From Nakamurella sp. (lineage in GTDB: Bacteria; Actinomycetota; Actinomycetes; Mycobacteriales; Nakamurellaceae), in assembly GCA_017882715.1 (NCBI GenBank), contig JADGOY010000002.1, positions 10,682-74,681 on the forward strand: DNA of 64,000 bases, read 5' to 3'. The notes under the pieces are model-generated. The model was not told the origin of the DNA and did no database searches. It saw only the letters and a program-made list of their open reading frames with translations. Below are positions 1 to 11,031 of the stretch, one piece after another. Position numbers and translations under genes: made by a program. Position 1 is the first letter of the stretch. Each line of letters begins with the position of its first letter.

Positions 1-1
1 C

Positions 2-61
2 ATTCCCGGGGACGACGCGGTCATTCTCGGCCGGGTGGTTGCGGTACTCCGCAAGCTCTGA
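2..61 (+). CDS. lexA: LexA repressor, C-terminal end only (gene starts before window)
   Basis: Frame from nt 2 reads IPGDDAVILGRVVAVLRKL*, a typical actinobacterial LexA C-terminus; lexA next to hflX is conserved synteny. Confidence 0.8.
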   Translation: MPGDDAVILGRVVAVLRKL

Positions 62-160
62 CGCGCTGCGCAGCCGACACCTTTGGGCACCTGATCTGCG
101 GTTGTTGCCCCGGCGGGGTGGGCCGGGGAACGGCAGCCGTCGGGTTTCAACCAGCCGCGG

Positions 161-445
161 TCAGGACTTGCGCTCCTCGGCCGGAAGTGCGGTCGTCGCG
201 GCGGGCGGCGGCACGACCGGGGTGCCGGTGATCTGCGGCGCCGGCGTCGGCACTGCAGCGGTCACATCGGTCTCGGTCGGTTTCTTGGCCTTCTCGTCGT
301 CGTCGTGCATTGCCGCCACCTCGGACTTGAGGATGCGCAGCGACCGTCCGACACCGCGCGCCGCGTCCGGCAGCCTCTTGTACCCGAACAGGATGACGAA
401 GGCCGCAATGATGATCATCCAGTGCCACCAGGACAAGCCGCCCAT
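161..445 (-). CDS. tatA: Twin-arginine translocase TatA/TatE subunit
   Basis: [12 protein letters not shown]...[24 protein letters not shown] signature; GAGGAGG RBS upstream. Confidence 0.93.
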   Translation of the reverse strand: MGGLSWWHWMIIIAAFVILFGYKRLPDAARGVGRSLRILKSEVAAMHDDDEKAKKPTETDVTAAVPTPAPQITGTPVVPPPAATTALPAEERKS

Positions 446-498
446 GTTGTGTTCCTCCTCGACCGATGACGCTCGCTGAAATGGTCGCTCGTTCTTCT

Positions 499-646
499 TG
501 ACTGGTCTTCATGGCCGGTCTTCGTGACTGGTCTTCGTGACCGAAGCACGTCTCGATGGGTCGAGCGGTCCTGCGGCGCCGTCCTCAGGCTACCCGGATG
601 GCGACAGCCTGAAGGAGTCCGAGCCTGAAGGAGCCTGAAGGAGTCC
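499..646. repeat. Two short imperfect tandem repeats in hflX-tatA spacer (13-bp TGACTGGTCTTCG x~3.5; AGCCTGAAGG x3)
   Basis: Read directly at 499-543 and 606-646. Confidence 0.75.
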
Positions 647-679
647 CAGGCCCGGGATCGGACTGGGAAGAGCAGACCC

Positions 680-2242
680 TCAGCCGACGGCGGCGAAGGG
701 AGCCAGCACGCCGGCCAGATCCGGATAGACCCGCGCATGCAGGCGGGTGCCGTCCGCGGTGTGCTCCTCGGTCAGCACGGTGCCCTCAGCGTGCACGCGG
801 GATACCAGCGCACCCTCGGTGAAAGGAACCAGCACCGACACCGACACTGCCGGGTTGGGTAGGGCGCCGGCGATCGCCAGCCGCAGCTGTTCGATCCCGG
901 CGCCCGTGCGGGCGGAGACGAACACCGCATCAGGTAGTAGGTGCCGTAACCGGGTCAGCGTCATCTCGTCCGCTGCGTCGACCTTGTTGACCACGATGAT
1001 CTCCCGCACCGAAGCGGCGTCGATCTCCCCGAGCACCTCTCGAACCGCAGAGACCTGGTCCTCGGGATTCTCGTCTACGCCATCGACCACGTGCAGCAAC
1101 AGATCGGCCTCACCGATCTCCTCCAAGGTGGACCGGAACGACTCGACCAACTGGTGCGGCAGGTGCCGGACGAACCCGACGGTGTCGGTCAGCGTGTAGA
1201 TCCGTCCGTCGGCGGTTCGGGACCGGCGGGTGGTGGGATCGAGGGTGGCAAACAGGGCGTCCTCGACCAGCACCCCCGCATCGGTGAGTCGGTTGAGCAG
1301 GGACGACTTGCCCGCGTTGGTGTAGCCGACAATGGCGACAGCCGGGATCGCATTGGCGTGACGTCGGGATCGTTTCGTATCCCGAACGCGGCGCATGCCG
1401 GCCAGGTCGGAGCGCAATTGGGCGATCCGCTTGTGGATTCGTCGCCGGTCGATTTCCAGCTTGGTTTCCCCCGGTCCGCGGGAACCGATGCCGGCACCCG
1501 CAGCGACCCGCCCGCCGCGTTGCCGGGACAGCGCAGCGCCCCAGCCGCGGAGCCGCGGGACCAGGTAGTTCAGCTGGGCGAGCTCGACCTGAGCCTTGCC
1601 CTCCCGGGACCGGGCGTGCTGGGCGAAGATGTCCAGGATCAGGGCCGTCCGGTCGACGACCTTCACCTTGAGCCGCTCTTCCAGGTTCCGGAGCTGACCC
1701 GGGGCGAGTTCGCCGTCGCAGATGACGGTGTCTGCGCCGGTGGCCTCGACGATGCCGATCAGTTCGGTGACCTTTCCCGAGCCGATGTAGGTGGCGGCAT
1801 CGGGGTGGCTGCGGCGTTGCATGACCGCATCCAGCACCACCGACCCCGCGGTCTCGGCGAGCCGGGCCAGTTCGGTCATCGAGGCTTCGGCTTCGGCTGC
1901 GGTCCCACCGGCCCACACTCCGACCAGCACCACCTGTTCGAGTTGCAGCTTGCGGTACTCGACCTCGGTGATGTCGGTGAGCTCGGTAGAGAGTCCGGCA
2001 ACGCGTCGCAGCGCGGCGCGGTCGGCCAAGTCGCGATCGCCCTGGGTGCTCGCCATCTCATCCGGGTCGATCGGGGCCTCTCGACTACGTGCGGTAGGCA
2101 CCTGAACCTCGAATTCGTCGTCAGCGGGGCTCGACGCGGTGCTGATTGGTCTGGGAATTGTGGTGGCATTGCTCGGCGCGGCAGGCATCGGTGCGCTGAT
2201 CGCAGCGCGTGCGGCGGCGTCGTCGGTGTAATCAACAGTCAT
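680..2242 (-). CDS. hflX: GTPase HflX
   Basis: GYTNAGKSSLLN, LFATLDPTTR, DTVGF, VVNKVD G-motifs; ALILDIFAQHARSREGKAQVELAQL; start approximate. Confidence 0.96.
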   Translation of the reverse strand: MTVDYTDDAAARAAISAPMPAAPSNATTIPRPISTASSPADDEFEVQVPTARSREAPIDPDEMASTQGDRDLADRAALRRVAGLSTELTDITEVEYRKLQLEQVVLVGVWAGGTAAEAEASMTELARLAETAGSVVLDAVMQRRSHPDAATYIGSGKVTELIGIVEATGADTVICDGELAPGQLRNLEERLKVKVVDRTALILDIFAQHARSREGKAQVELAQLNYLVPRLRGWGAALSRQRGGRVAAGAGIGSRGPGETKLEIDRRRIHKRIAQLRSDLAGMRRVRDTKRSRRHANAIPAVAIVGYTNAGKSSLLNRLTDAGVLVEDALFATLDPTTRRSRTADGRIYTLTDTVGFVRHLPHQLVESFRSTLEEIGEADLLLHVVDGVDENPEDQVSAVREVLGEIDAASVREIIVVNKVDAADEMTLTRLRHLLPDAVFVSARTGAGIEQLRLAIAGALPNPAVSVSVLVPFTEGALVSRVHAEGTVLTEEHTADGTRLHARVYPDLAGVLAPFAAVG

Positions 2243-2349
2243 CTTGCTGTCCAGCCTGCCACGAATGACCAACCCTTTTCCGGAAGCACCGCGACAACGG
2301 CCCTTCGCCGTAAGGTCGAACCTGCGTCCTCAGCGCTCGCTGGGTGCGG

Positions 2350-3219
2350 TCAGCGGTGCCGTTGCCAGAACGCATCGTCGATGGTGCCGAAGGCGACCAG
2401 CACCGCCGGACCGGTCAGCGTGGAGTCCTCATCGGTGATGGTGACGGTCACCGCGCCGCCCGGAACGGACACCGACACGGTGCCCGTCGACCGTTCATTC
2501 GCCTGCAGATACGCCGCCGCCGCTGCCACCGTTCCCGTTCCGCAGGAACGGGTTTCGCCGACGCCACGTTCATGCACGCGCATGCGGATTTGGTCGGGCC
2601 CGGTGCTGGTGATGATCTCGATGTTCACGCCCTCCGGAAAACCCAACTCGTCGTAGCGTGGTGGGACGCTCAGATCGACGCTGGCCAGGTCGATGTCCGT
2701 CAGGCACGCGAGGTGCGGATTGCCGACATCCACTGACACACCGGCGATCTCCCGCTCACCGATCCGGGCTGTCGATGGCCGGCCGATCGTCACCGGACCC
2801 ATTCCGATGGTCACATCTCCGACGGCCGGAACGTCCGCCGTGCGCACTCCGCCACGGGTGGAAAAGCGTAGACCTCCGGGCGACACCCACCCGGAATCGA
2901 CCAGGAATCGGGCGAAAACCCGAGCCCCGTTTCCACACATCTGCGCGAACGAGCCGTCGGCGTTGCGGTAGTCCATGACGAACGCGGCATCGCTGCCGGG
3001 TTGCACCGGAGCCACCCGGATGATCCCGTCAGCGCCGAGGCCGGCGTGCCGGTCGCACACCGCTCGGACCTGCCCGGCCGTGACCTGGAGAGTGCCGTCC
3101 GGGTCCGGCAGCAGGACGAAGTCGTTCTCGGTGCCGTGGCCCTTGACGAACGGCACGCCGGCGGCTGGTGGGGCGCCGGTCGAAGTGCGGGCGCCGGAGG
3201 ATGCTGAGGCGCCGGTCAC
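2350..3219 (-). CDS. dapF: Diaminopimelate epimerase
   Basis: KGHGTENDF, NADGSFAQMCGNG, VGNPH, ERGVGETRSCGTG. Confidence 0.97.
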   Translation of the reverse strand: MTGASASSGARTSTGAPPAAGVPFVKGHGTENDFVLLPDPDGTLQVTAGQVRAVCDRHAGLGADGIIRVAPVQPGSDAAFVMDYRNADGSFAQMCGNGARVFARFLVDSGWVSPGGLRFSTRGGVRTADVPAVGDVTIGMGPVTIGRPSTARIGEREIAGVSVDVGNPHLACLTDIDLASVDLSVPPRYDELGFPEGVNIEIITSTGPDQIRMRVHERGVGETRSCGTGTVAAAAAYLQANERSTGTVSVSVPGGAVTVTITDEDSTLTGPAVLVAFGTIDDAFWQRHR

Positions 3220-3542
3220 GGGTCCAGATTACGGGCCGATCCCATGCGCCTCGGGCTCCGGTCCGAACCTGCCACGAACTACCCAGCGCGGCGCTGGCCG
3301 GGGTGACGCCCCGCCCCTGTCAACCCGGACGTTGTCGAGACGTGCCATTTTCTCCGATGATCAAATCTTCTGGCCGTTTGAGGTTCTTGGGTTCAATCGG
3401 TGGTTGCGGCACGACCCTGAACGGCCGCGAGTGGTGATCATGGAGCCGCGCTGACGAGGCGCGAATGGCGAGTGAGCAAAGACCAGTGCGTCACCGCCAT
3501 CGCCCTGGCCTCGGACCCTGGCAGCGCCGCGGAACGGGAGCA

Positions 3543-4514
3543 TCAACCACGTAACAGGCCGAGCACGCGATCAAGAGCGTCCGGAGCCCCGGCGTCCACA
3601 TCCACCATCCGGGTGTCCCGTCTGAACCAGCTGCGCTGCCTGCGGACGAACCGACGGGTGGCCACGGTGGTGTCGATGATCGCCTGCTCGCTGTCGAGGT
3701 TTCCGTCGAGCACGGCCAACATCTGCCGGTAGCCGAGGGCCCTGGACGCGGTCAATCCGTCCCTGATCCCGGCCGCCTCAAGCTCGCGAACCTCGTCGAG
3801 GAACCCGGTGGCGACCATCGACCGGACCCGCCCTTCCAACCGCGCGTCCAACTCCGAGCTGTCGCGGTCCAGCCGCACCAGCAGCGCGTCGTACCGCGGA
3901 GGTCCCGGCCGCGGCAAGGAAGCTGTGAAGGGCCGGCCGGTGATTTCGATGACCTCCAGAGCCCGAACGATCCGGCGCCCGTTGCCGGGCTCGATGACCC
4001 CTGCGGATGCCGGGTCCGCCGTCTGCAACCGATGGAACAGCGCGGCGATGCCGAATTCATCCAGTTCGGCCTGCAGCCGGGCCCGAACCTCGGGGTCGGT
4101 GGCCGGGAAGTCGATCTCGTCCAAGATCGCCTGGACATACAGCCCGGAACCGCCGACCACGATCGCGGCGTGGCCGCGGGCCCGGATGTCGTCGACGACC
4201 GCACGTGCCTGCCGCTGATAGGCGGCGACGCTCGCCGTCTGTCGGACGTCGAGCACGTCGAGCAAGTGATGCGGGACGCCACGCCGCCGGTCCGGCGGCA
4301 CCTTGGCGGTGCCGATGTCCATCCCCTGATACAGCTGCATGGAGTCGGCATTGACGATCTCACCGTCGAGGCGCTGGGCAAGGTCCAAGCCAAGGTCCGA
4401 CTTGCCGGTTCCGGTCGGGCCCGCCACCACGACCAGCCGATCGGTGCGAAGCGGCGGGCTGTCGGCTTCGCTGCTGTCCGCGGTGACCCCGTGGCGGGTC
4501 ACGCCCCGACCCAC
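3543..4514 (-). CDS. miaA: tRNA dimethylallyltransferase
   Basis: GPTGTGKS, NADSMQLYQGMDIGTAK, VGGSGLY, RRQRSWF. Confidence 0.97.
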   Translation of the reverse strand: MGRGVTRHGVTADSSEADSPPLRTDRLVVVAGPTGTGKSDLGLDLAQRLDGEIVNADSMQLYQGMDIGTAKVPPDRRRGVPHHLLDVLDVRQTASVAAYQRQARAVVDDIRARGHAAIVVGGSGLYVQAILDEIDFPATDPEVRARLQAELDEFGIAALFHRLQTADPASAGVIEPGNGRRIVRALEVIEITGRPFTASLPRPGPPRYDALLVRLDRDSSELDARLEGRVRSMVATGFLDEVRELEAAGIRDGLTASRALGYRQMLAVLDGNLDSEQAIIDTTVATRRFVRRQRSWFRRDTRMVDVDAGAPDALDRVLGLLRG

Positions 4515-5335
4515 CGCCAGGACGCGACGAAGTACCCGACCCCGAACGGGGCACCGGAATACAACAGCTCCGCCTCATCGGGGGCCCGGGCGAAGGTGAG
4601 ATCGGCGAGCAGCCTCAGCGGGGCAACGGAGGACAAGAGCGCCTCAGCGGGAAGGTCGGGGTTCTGGCATGCGGTCCGCAATGCCACCGGATTGCCGGCC
4701 GCGAGTGCGTCGGCGAGTGCCTCGTCGAAGGCGCCCGACCGGTCGTCGAGCCGGCCCGGGGCGTTGGCTCCGTGACAGGCCGCGCCGTCGGCGATCACCA
4801 GCAGGGCGACCCGGTCCGATCCCTCCAGAGTCAGCTCCCGCGTCAGGTCGGCGAAGATCTCTCCGGCACCAGCGCCCGCAATTCTCGTCACCTCGACCGC
4901 AGTCGTCGGTGGCACGGTGGGTGCCCATCTGAGCAGATTCGTGCCGACCAGGGTGGCCACCGACGGCAGCGATACCGGCACACCACGCTGTTCGGGCGAC
5001 GCCATCGGGTCCTCGCGGGCCGGTTCGCCCGGAAGAATGACGGTCCGCTCTGCACCTGTGTCCCCGCGGGTCACAGATGTGCGCACGACGGTGCCCGGCG
5101 GAAACATCCGCCACGCCGCCGTCGTCGCAAGCGCAGCGCCGGTCTGGCCAGCAGCAGCGCCGAACTCGTCAGCAGCGGCACCTGTCCCGATCAGCAGCAT
5201 GCGATCCGCAACGGGCAGTCGGGCAAGGGCAGCTCGGCAGGCCGCACCCAGGTCGGGGACCGTGCGAGCGATCGCGTCCGCCGTGCCCTCGATCAGGAAT
5301 GGCGCGCCGGGACACACGGCGACTCCCACGATCAC
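4499..5335 (-). CDS. Hypothetical protein, LigB/class III extradiol dioxygenase-like fold
   Basis: Starts MIVGVAVCPGAP; has ADGAACHG..APG and ends YSGAPFGVGYFVASW, as in the conserved gene upstream of miaA in actinomycetes. Confidence 0.7.
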   Translation of the reverse strand: MIVGVAVCPGAPFLIEGTADAIARTVPDLGAACRAALARLPVADRMLLIGTGAAADEFGAAAGQTGAALATTAAWRMFPPGTVVRTSVTRGDTGAERTVILPGEPAREDPMASPEQRGVPVSLPSVATLVGTNLLRWAPTVPPTTAVEVTRIAGAGAGEIFADLTRELTLEGSDRVALLVIADGAACHGANAPGRLDDRSGAFDEALADALAAGNPVALRTACQNPDLPAEALLSSVAPLRLLADLTFARAPDEAELLYSGAPFGVGYFVASWRWVGA

Positions 5336-5546
5336 AGCCTCAGGCTAATCGGCCCGATCGCTGGTCCCGCGCTCCCGTACACACTCATGATCATCGGGCG
5401 GCTCGACCCGGCCTGGCCACGGAACGGGTCGGCGGGCACACTGGACGTCACCGTCGGCCAGCCCGACGATGCAGGAAAAGGGGGCGCCGCAGGGTGCCCG
5501 GGAGTTCGAACGCTCCCTCGCCGAGCAGTAGGAAGGTCCGCCGCCG

Positions 5547-8303
5547 ATGTCGCAGGACACGAACTCCCGCTTCGAATCCGAGCCTCACGCCACCCAGGCG
5601 AGCACCGAGCCCAGAGCGGTCCGTATCCCATCCGAGGATGACACCGACAGACCCGCAGCCGCGGCGGGGGTGGACCCCGTCGAGACCACAGACGTCGCCC
5701 GGGATTCGCCTGCCGCGGCCCTCGAGTCGGTCGCGGGGGCCGAGCCGGTCGCGCGGGCCGAGCCGGTCGCGCGGGCCGAGCCGGTCGCGGGGGCCCAGTC
5801 GGTCGCGGGGGCCGAGTCGGTCGAAAGAGTCACGACCCTGACCGGGTTGAGCGCATCAAGCGCGAGAGAGCTGGTCGCCGTCGAGGCGATCGCCAGCGAG
5901 GCTGAACCGAAGTCGGATGCAGCGCCGGCAGAACTGACAGTCCCCGAGGCGCCCTATTCCCCCGACATTCCCACGCCCTATCCGAACGGTCCCGAGCCGA
6001 CCACGGATGTTCCCGGAGTGCCGGACGCGCCGGACGTCCCCGGAGTGCCGGAGGTGCCTGACGCGGCCGACGCGGCCGACCTGCCCGAAGCGCCCGACAC
6101 GGCCGACGTGCCCGACGTGCCCGACCTGCCCGACCTGCCCGACGCGCCCGACCTGCCCGAAGTGCCCGACCTGCCCGAAGTGCCCAACGCGGCTGACGCG
6201 CCGGCTGGGTTCACAGGACCGCGGGTTCCTGAGGTGGTCCAGGTCGAAGGGCTGTCCCCGACAACAACCGCGCCCAACCTGCCTGTATCCGCCGCCGCTG
6301 AACCATCGACCATGCCCAACGTTCCCGTCCACGCCTCGCCAACGGTGTCGGTTCCCGCCGCGATCGAAGTTGGGTCATCCGACGACGATGACGATGGGGA
6401 CGATGACGATGGGTCTGTCAGCGAACCGGCGACCACGAAGCCGCCGGAACCCATTCCGATGCCGGGCCCGGGTCCGGTCCACCCGCCTGTCCCGATGCCG
6501 CCCATCACCCAGCCTGACGAACCCAGTCCCGCGGAAAGCCCGCCCAACAATGACCGCGCCGCCACGCCGGAGAACGGGCAATCGGACTTCGCGGCGCCGA
6601 CCGCGGCGACCACAGACGCGACCGGCGAGACGGCAGCCGGCGAGACGGCAGCCCCGGAGACACCCGACGCAGGAACAGCCGAGACCGAGATAGCCGAGAC
6701 CGACACAACCCGCCCGGAGACACCCGACGCAGGAACAGCCGAGACCGAGACACCCCGCCCTGAGACACCCGGCAGCGAGACACCGAGCACCGAGACAACG
6801 ACCTTCGAGACAACGACCACCCCAACAAGCACCGAAACTGGGAGTACTGACACTCCCGACACAGAAACACCCGACACAGAAACACCCGACACAGGAACTG
6901 CTGCGCCCGATTCGACGGCACCGGCAAACCCACGCTCGCGTCAGCAGACTCCACCCGGCAAACCCCGTCCGGCCGGACAACGACCGGTCGGAGTCCGACC
7001 CAACGTCAAGCCCGGAGGCCGACCGGCAGGTCGACCCAGTCCGGTGCCAACGTCGCCGCAGTTCGGGACCCTGGTGGAGCCGATCGTCGAACCGGTCGAC
7101 CCTCACCTGTGGGGACGGATCGACGAGGACGGCGTCGTGTACGTCACCACCGCTGCGGGCGAACGCGCCATCGGAAACTGGCAAGCCGGCGACGTCGAGG
7201 CCGGGCTTGCCCATTTCGGCCGGCGCTACGACGACTTCGCGACCGAGATCGCCTTGCTGGAGGCACGTCTGGCTTCCGGCACGGGCGATCCGAAGGCAAC
7301 CAAGCATCAGGCGATCGCGTTGCGTGAGTCCGTCGACGCGCTGCCGGCCATCGGCGATCTGGACGGTGCCGCGGCTCGTTTGGAGATCGTGATCGGTGCG
7401 GCCGACGCGGCCATCGCCGGAGCCTCGCAAGCGCGCACGGCGGCGCGGACGGCTGCGATCAAGGCCAAGGAGGCGCTCTGCGTCGAGGCCGAAGAGCTGG
7501 CCGAATCGACACAGTGGAAGACAACCGGCGATCGGCTCAAGGCGATCGTCGAAGAGTGGCGTGGCGTCCGCGGGATCGATAGGAAGACCGATGATGCCCT
7601 GTGGAAGCGGTTCGCCAAGGCCCGCGACACTTTCACCCGACACCGCGGTTCCCACTTCGCCGAGCTGGACAAACAGCGGGGCGCCGCCAAGGAGGCGAAG
7701 GAGGCGCTCATCGCGAAAGCGGAAGCGTTGTCAGACGCCACCGAGTGGGGCGAGACCGCCGCCGCCTACCGAGAGCTGATGAACGAGTGGAAGGCGGCCG
7801 GGCGGGCGCCCCGAGACGTCGAAGACGCTCTGTGGGCTCGTTTCCGGGCCGCTCAGGAGAAATTCTTCTCCCGCCGGAACAAGACGTTCTCCGATCGTGA
7901 CGCCGAGTTCGAGGCGAACGCGGCGGTGAAGGAGAAACTGCTCGCCGAGGCGGAGAAGATTGACCCGGCAACAGGTATCGATCGAGCCAAGGCGTCGCTG
8001 CGGTCGATTCTGGAACGGTGGGAAGCCGCGGGGAAGGTACCCCGAGAGCGGATTCGGGAGTTCGATTCACGGCTGCGCGCGGTGGAGGACAAGGTCAAGT
8101 CCGCGGATGAGCGGCACTGGCGGCGTACCGATCCTGAGGCGGAGGCGCGGGTGCAGCAATTCCGAAGCCGGGCCGACTCCTACCGCGCACAGGCCGCCAA
8201 GGCGCGTGCGGCGGGCGACGAGCGCAAGGCCCGGCAGGCCGACGCACAGGCGGAGCAGTGGGAGGAGTGGCTCAAGACGGCCCGGGGTGCGGTCGACGGG
8301 TGA
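5547..8303 (+). CDS. DUF349 domain protein with ~510-aa acidic Pro/Thr-rich repetitive N-terminal extension
   Basis: WGRIDEDGVVYV...GNWQAG, then repeated KEAL..EAE.L / W..G..DDALW.RF units; AGGAAGG RBS. Confidence 0.88.
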   Translation: MSQDTNSRFESEPHATQASTEPRAVRIPSEDDTDRPAAAAGVDPVETTDVARDSPAAALESVAGAEPVARAEPVARAEPVAGAQSVAGAESVERVTTLTGLSASSARELVAVEAIASEAEPKSDAAPAELTVPEAPYSPDIPTPYPNGPEPTTDVPGVPDAPDVPGVPEVPDAADAADLPEAPDTADVPDVPDLPDLPDAPDLPEVPDLPEVPNAADAPAGFTGPRVPEVVQVEGLSPTTTAPNLPVSAAAEPSTMPNVPVHASPTVSVPAAIEVGSSDDDDDGDDDDGSVSEPATTKPPEPIPMPGPGPVHPPVPMPPITQPDEPSPAESPPNNDRAATPENGQSDFAAPTAATTDATGETAAGETAAPETPDAGTAETEIAETDTTRPETPDAGTAETETPRPETPGSETPSTETTTFETTTTPTSTETGSTDTPDTETPDTETPDTGTAAPDSTAPANPRSRQQTPPGKPRPAGQRPVGVRPNVKPGGRPAGRPSPVPTSPQFGTLVEPIVEPVDPHLWGRIDEDGVVYVTTAAGERAIGNWQAGDVEAGLAHFGRRYDDFATEIALLEARLASGTGDPKATKHQAIALRESVDALPAIGDLDGAAARLEIVIGAADAAIAGASQARTAARTAAIKAKEALCVEAEELAESTQWKTTGDRLKAIVEEWRGVRGIDRKTDDALWKRFAKARDTFTRHRGSHFAELDKQRGAAKEAKEALIAKAEALSDATEWGETAAAYRELMNEWKAAGRAPRDVEDALWARFRAAQEKFFSRRNKTFSDRDAEFEANAAVKEKLLAEAEKIDPATGIDRAKASLRSILERWEAAGKVPRERIREFDSRLRAVEDKVKSADERHWRRTDPEAEARVQQFRSRADSYRAQAAKARAAGDERKARQADAQAEQWEEWLKTARGAVDG

Positions 8304-8375
8304 GCTGCTCCAACGCTGGGCTCCAGCTACCGCTGAGCTGCGTCGAGCGCTGACCCGGGATTCCGGTCTGAGTGC

Positions 8376-9950
8376 CTATCCGAGGGATCCGGAGCAGGCG
8401 TCGACCACACCCGGCGACCCGGCAGCATGCGCCGGGCGGCCGATGCCCGGCAGGCCGAGGCCAACCCCCGGTGTCCGCGCCGGGACGCCGGCCTCGGACC
8501 GATCGCCGGCCAGGGTGCGCCGGTGTGTCAGCAGCTCGCCGTCGGCCAGCAGATGGTGCGGCGCCCCGTAGGTCACCCGCGCGGTCACCACATCGCCGGG
8601 CCGGACGGACCGATCGACCGCCGGACCCGTTGCCGTGAAGTGCACCAGCCGGCCGTCCCGGGCCCGCCCGCTCATCCGCCCGCTGGCGCTGTCCTTGTGG
8701 CCCTCGCCCGAGGCGACCAGCACCTCGACGAGAGAGCCGACCTGTGCTCGATTGCCGTTCAACGCCGAGGCATCAACAACCTCCACGAGACGCCGGAAGC
8801 GTTCGGTGACCACCTCACGCGGAACCTGATCGGCCATCGTCGCTGCCGGCGTCCCCGGGCGCGGCGAGTACTGGAAGGTGAAGGCGGCGGCGAAGTCAGC
8901 CTGCGCCACCACGTCGAGGGTCCGCTGGAAGTCCGCCTCGGTCTCGCCTGGGAAGCCGACGATGATGTCGGTGGTGATCACCGCGTCCGGCATCGCCGCC
9001 CGCACCTCGGCCAGGATCGCCAGGTATCGCTCGCTGCGGTACGACCGACGCATCGCGCGCAGCATCCGATCCGACCCGGACTGCAGCGGCATGTGCAGCT
9101 GATGGCAGACGTTGGGAGTGGACGCCATCGCATCGATGACGTCCGTGGTGAAATCCCGAGGGTGCGGCGACGTGAAGCGGACCCGCTCCAGACCGTCGAT
9201 GGCCCCGCACGACCGGAGCAACTTACCGAACGCGGCGCGATCGCCGAACTCGACTCCGTAGGAGTTTACGTTCTGGCCGAGCAGGGTCACCTCGAGTACG
9301 CCGTCGTTGACCAGCATCTGCACCTCGGCGAGAATGTCGCCAGGCCGCCGATCGGCTTCCTTGCCGCGAAGCGAGGGCACGATGCAGAACGTGCAGGTGT
9401 TGTTGCAGCCCACCGAGATGGACACCCAGCCGGCGTAGGCCGACTCGCGCCTGGCCGGCAGGGTAGACGGGAAGACCTCGAGCGCCTCCAGGATCTCGAT
9501 TTCCGCCTGGGCGTTGTGCCGGGACCGCTCCAGCAGCGTCGGCAGCGAGCCCACATTGTGCGTCCCGAACACCACGTCCACCCACGGAGCGCGCCGCACG
9601 ATCTCGCCGCGGTCCTTCTGCGCGAGGCAACCACCGACGGCGATCTGCATGCCCGGGTGCGCCGCCTTGATGGGCGCAAGGTGCCCGAGATTGCCGTACA
9701 GCTTGTTGTCGGCGTTCTCCCTCACCGCGCAGGTGTTGAACACCACCACGTCGGCCGTCTCGCCGTCGTCGCTGCGCAGGTACCCGGCCTCCTCGAGCAG
9801 TCCGGACAGGCGCTCGGAGTCGTGCACGTTCATCTGACACCCGTAGGTGCGGACCTGGTAGGTGCGGGCAATGGGAGCGGCTGACGCAATCGGCAGGGCC
9901 GACTCCGTCGCGCCCTCGCGCCCGACCCGGTCGAAGACGGCGGAACTCAC
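8376..9950 (-). CDS. miaB: tRNA-2-methylthio-N6-dimethylallyladenosine synthase
   Basis: [21 protein letters not shown], radical [15 protein letters not shown]-like C-terminus; GTG start 7 nt after TACCCT. Confidence 0.96.
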   Translation of the reverse strand: MSSAVFDRVGREGATESALPIASAAPIARTYQVRTYGCQMNVHDSERLSGLLEEAGYLRSDDGETADVVVFNTCAVRENADNKLYGNLGHLAPIKAAHPGMQIAVGGCLAQKDRGEIVRRAPWVDVVFGTHNVGSLPTLLERSRHNAQAEIEILEALEVFPSTLPARRESAYAGWVSISVGCNNTCTFCIVPSLRGKEADRRPGDILAEVQMLVNDGVLEVTLLGQNVNSYGVEFGDRAAFGKLLRSCGAIDGLERVRFTSPHPRDFTTDVIDAMASTPNVCHQLHMPLQSGSDRMLRAMRRSYRSERYLAILAEVRAAMPDAVITTDIIVGFPGETEADFQRTLDVVAQADFAAAFTFQYSPRPGTPAATMADQVPREVVTERFRRLVEVVDASALNGNRAQVGSLVEVLVASGEGHKDSASGRMSGRARDGRLVHFTATGPAVDRSVRPGDVVTARVTYGAPHHLLADGELLTHRRTLAGDRSEAGVPARTPGVGLGLPGIGRPAHAAGSPGVVDACSGSLG

Positions 9951-10204
9951 GGGCTTCAGGGTACGTGGCCGACCGTACGCCACCGGACCCGGAAAAGGAT
10001 GCGGTGAACCGTTCAGCGGCGAGGACCGTATGCACGGGAGGGGGCATCCGCGTCGCGATGGTGTCACCAGGTCGACCTACCGGACCCCGATCGAGTAAAG
10101 GTTCGATTACTGCTCGTGCTCTTTGGAACTAATGCGTTGCCCGATATGACAGTCTCGACAAATCTGGGTGCCACCTGTGGGCCCCCCCGGTACTGGGAGG
10201 TCAC

Positions 10205-10972
10205 GTGACTGTTGCTGGACCGTCGGACGGCGCACGCCCCCCGATGATCTCCATGCACGACGTGCAGAAGCATTTCGGGACGTTGCACGTACTGAAGAAC
10301 ATCCGGCTCGACGTGCCGGGCGGTCAGGTGGTGATCGTCATCGGCCCATCGGGGTCGGGCAAGTCGACGTTGTGCCGGACGATCAACCGGCTCGAGTCGA
10401 TCGATTCCGGTGACATCGCGATCGATGGGGTCCCGCTGCCTGCGGAAGGCAAGGGGTTGGCCCAGCTGCGCGCCGACGTCGGCATGGTCTTCCAGTCGTT
10501 CAATCTGTTCGCGCACAAGACGATCCTGCAGAACGTCACCCTCGGACCGATCAAGGTCCGCAAGATGAGCAAGAAAGACGCCGACGAGCTGGCCGACTCG
10601 CTGCTGCAGCGGGTGGGGATCGCCGAGCAGCGGGACAAGCTACCCGCTCAACTCTCCGGAGGGCAGCAACAGCGCGTCGCGATCGCCCGCGCGCTGGCGA
10701 TGAAGCCCAAGGTGATGCTCTTCGACGAGCCGACCAGCGCGCTGGACCCGGAGATGGTCAACGAGGTCCTGGACGTCATGGTCTCGTTGGCCAGGGAGGG
10801 CATGACGATGGTGGTCGTCACCCACGAGATGGGGTTCGCGCGCAAGGCCGGGGACCGGGTGTTGTTCATGGCCGACGGGGAGATCGTCGAGGACGGCACC
10901 CCGCAGGAGTTCTTCACCAACCCCACCAGCAACCGTGCAAAGGACTTTCTGAGCAAGATCTTGACTCACTGA
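10205..10972 (+). CDS. gluA: Glutamate ABC transporter ATP-binding protein
   Basis: [34 protein letters not shown]; first gene of four-gene cluster divergent from miaB. Confidence 0.9.
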   Translation: MTVAGPSDGARPPMISMHDVQKHFGTLHVLKNIRLDVPGGQVVIVIGPSGSGKSTLCRTINRLESIDSGDIAIDGVPLPAEGKGLAQLRADVGMVFQSFNLFAHKTILQNVTLGPIKVRKMSKKDADELADSLLQRVGIAEQRDKLPAQLSGGQQQRVAIARALAMKPKVMLFDEPTSALDPEMVNEVLDVMVSLAREGMTMVVVTHEMGFARKAGDRVLFMADGEIVEDGTPQEFFTNPTSNRAKDFLSKILTH

Positions 10973-11031
10973 TCGAGTCAATGACCAGCGCGGGAACCGC
11001 CCGCGCTGGACGAACCCGGGAGGGTGCATCG

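Noticed and set aside
1091-2656. Long plus-strand ORF (521 aa) and similar long ORFs at 8427-9884, 17914-19032 and 31501-33624
   Set aside because: Antisense shadows of hflX, miaB, recA and gcvP, expected in high-GC DNA; no motifs
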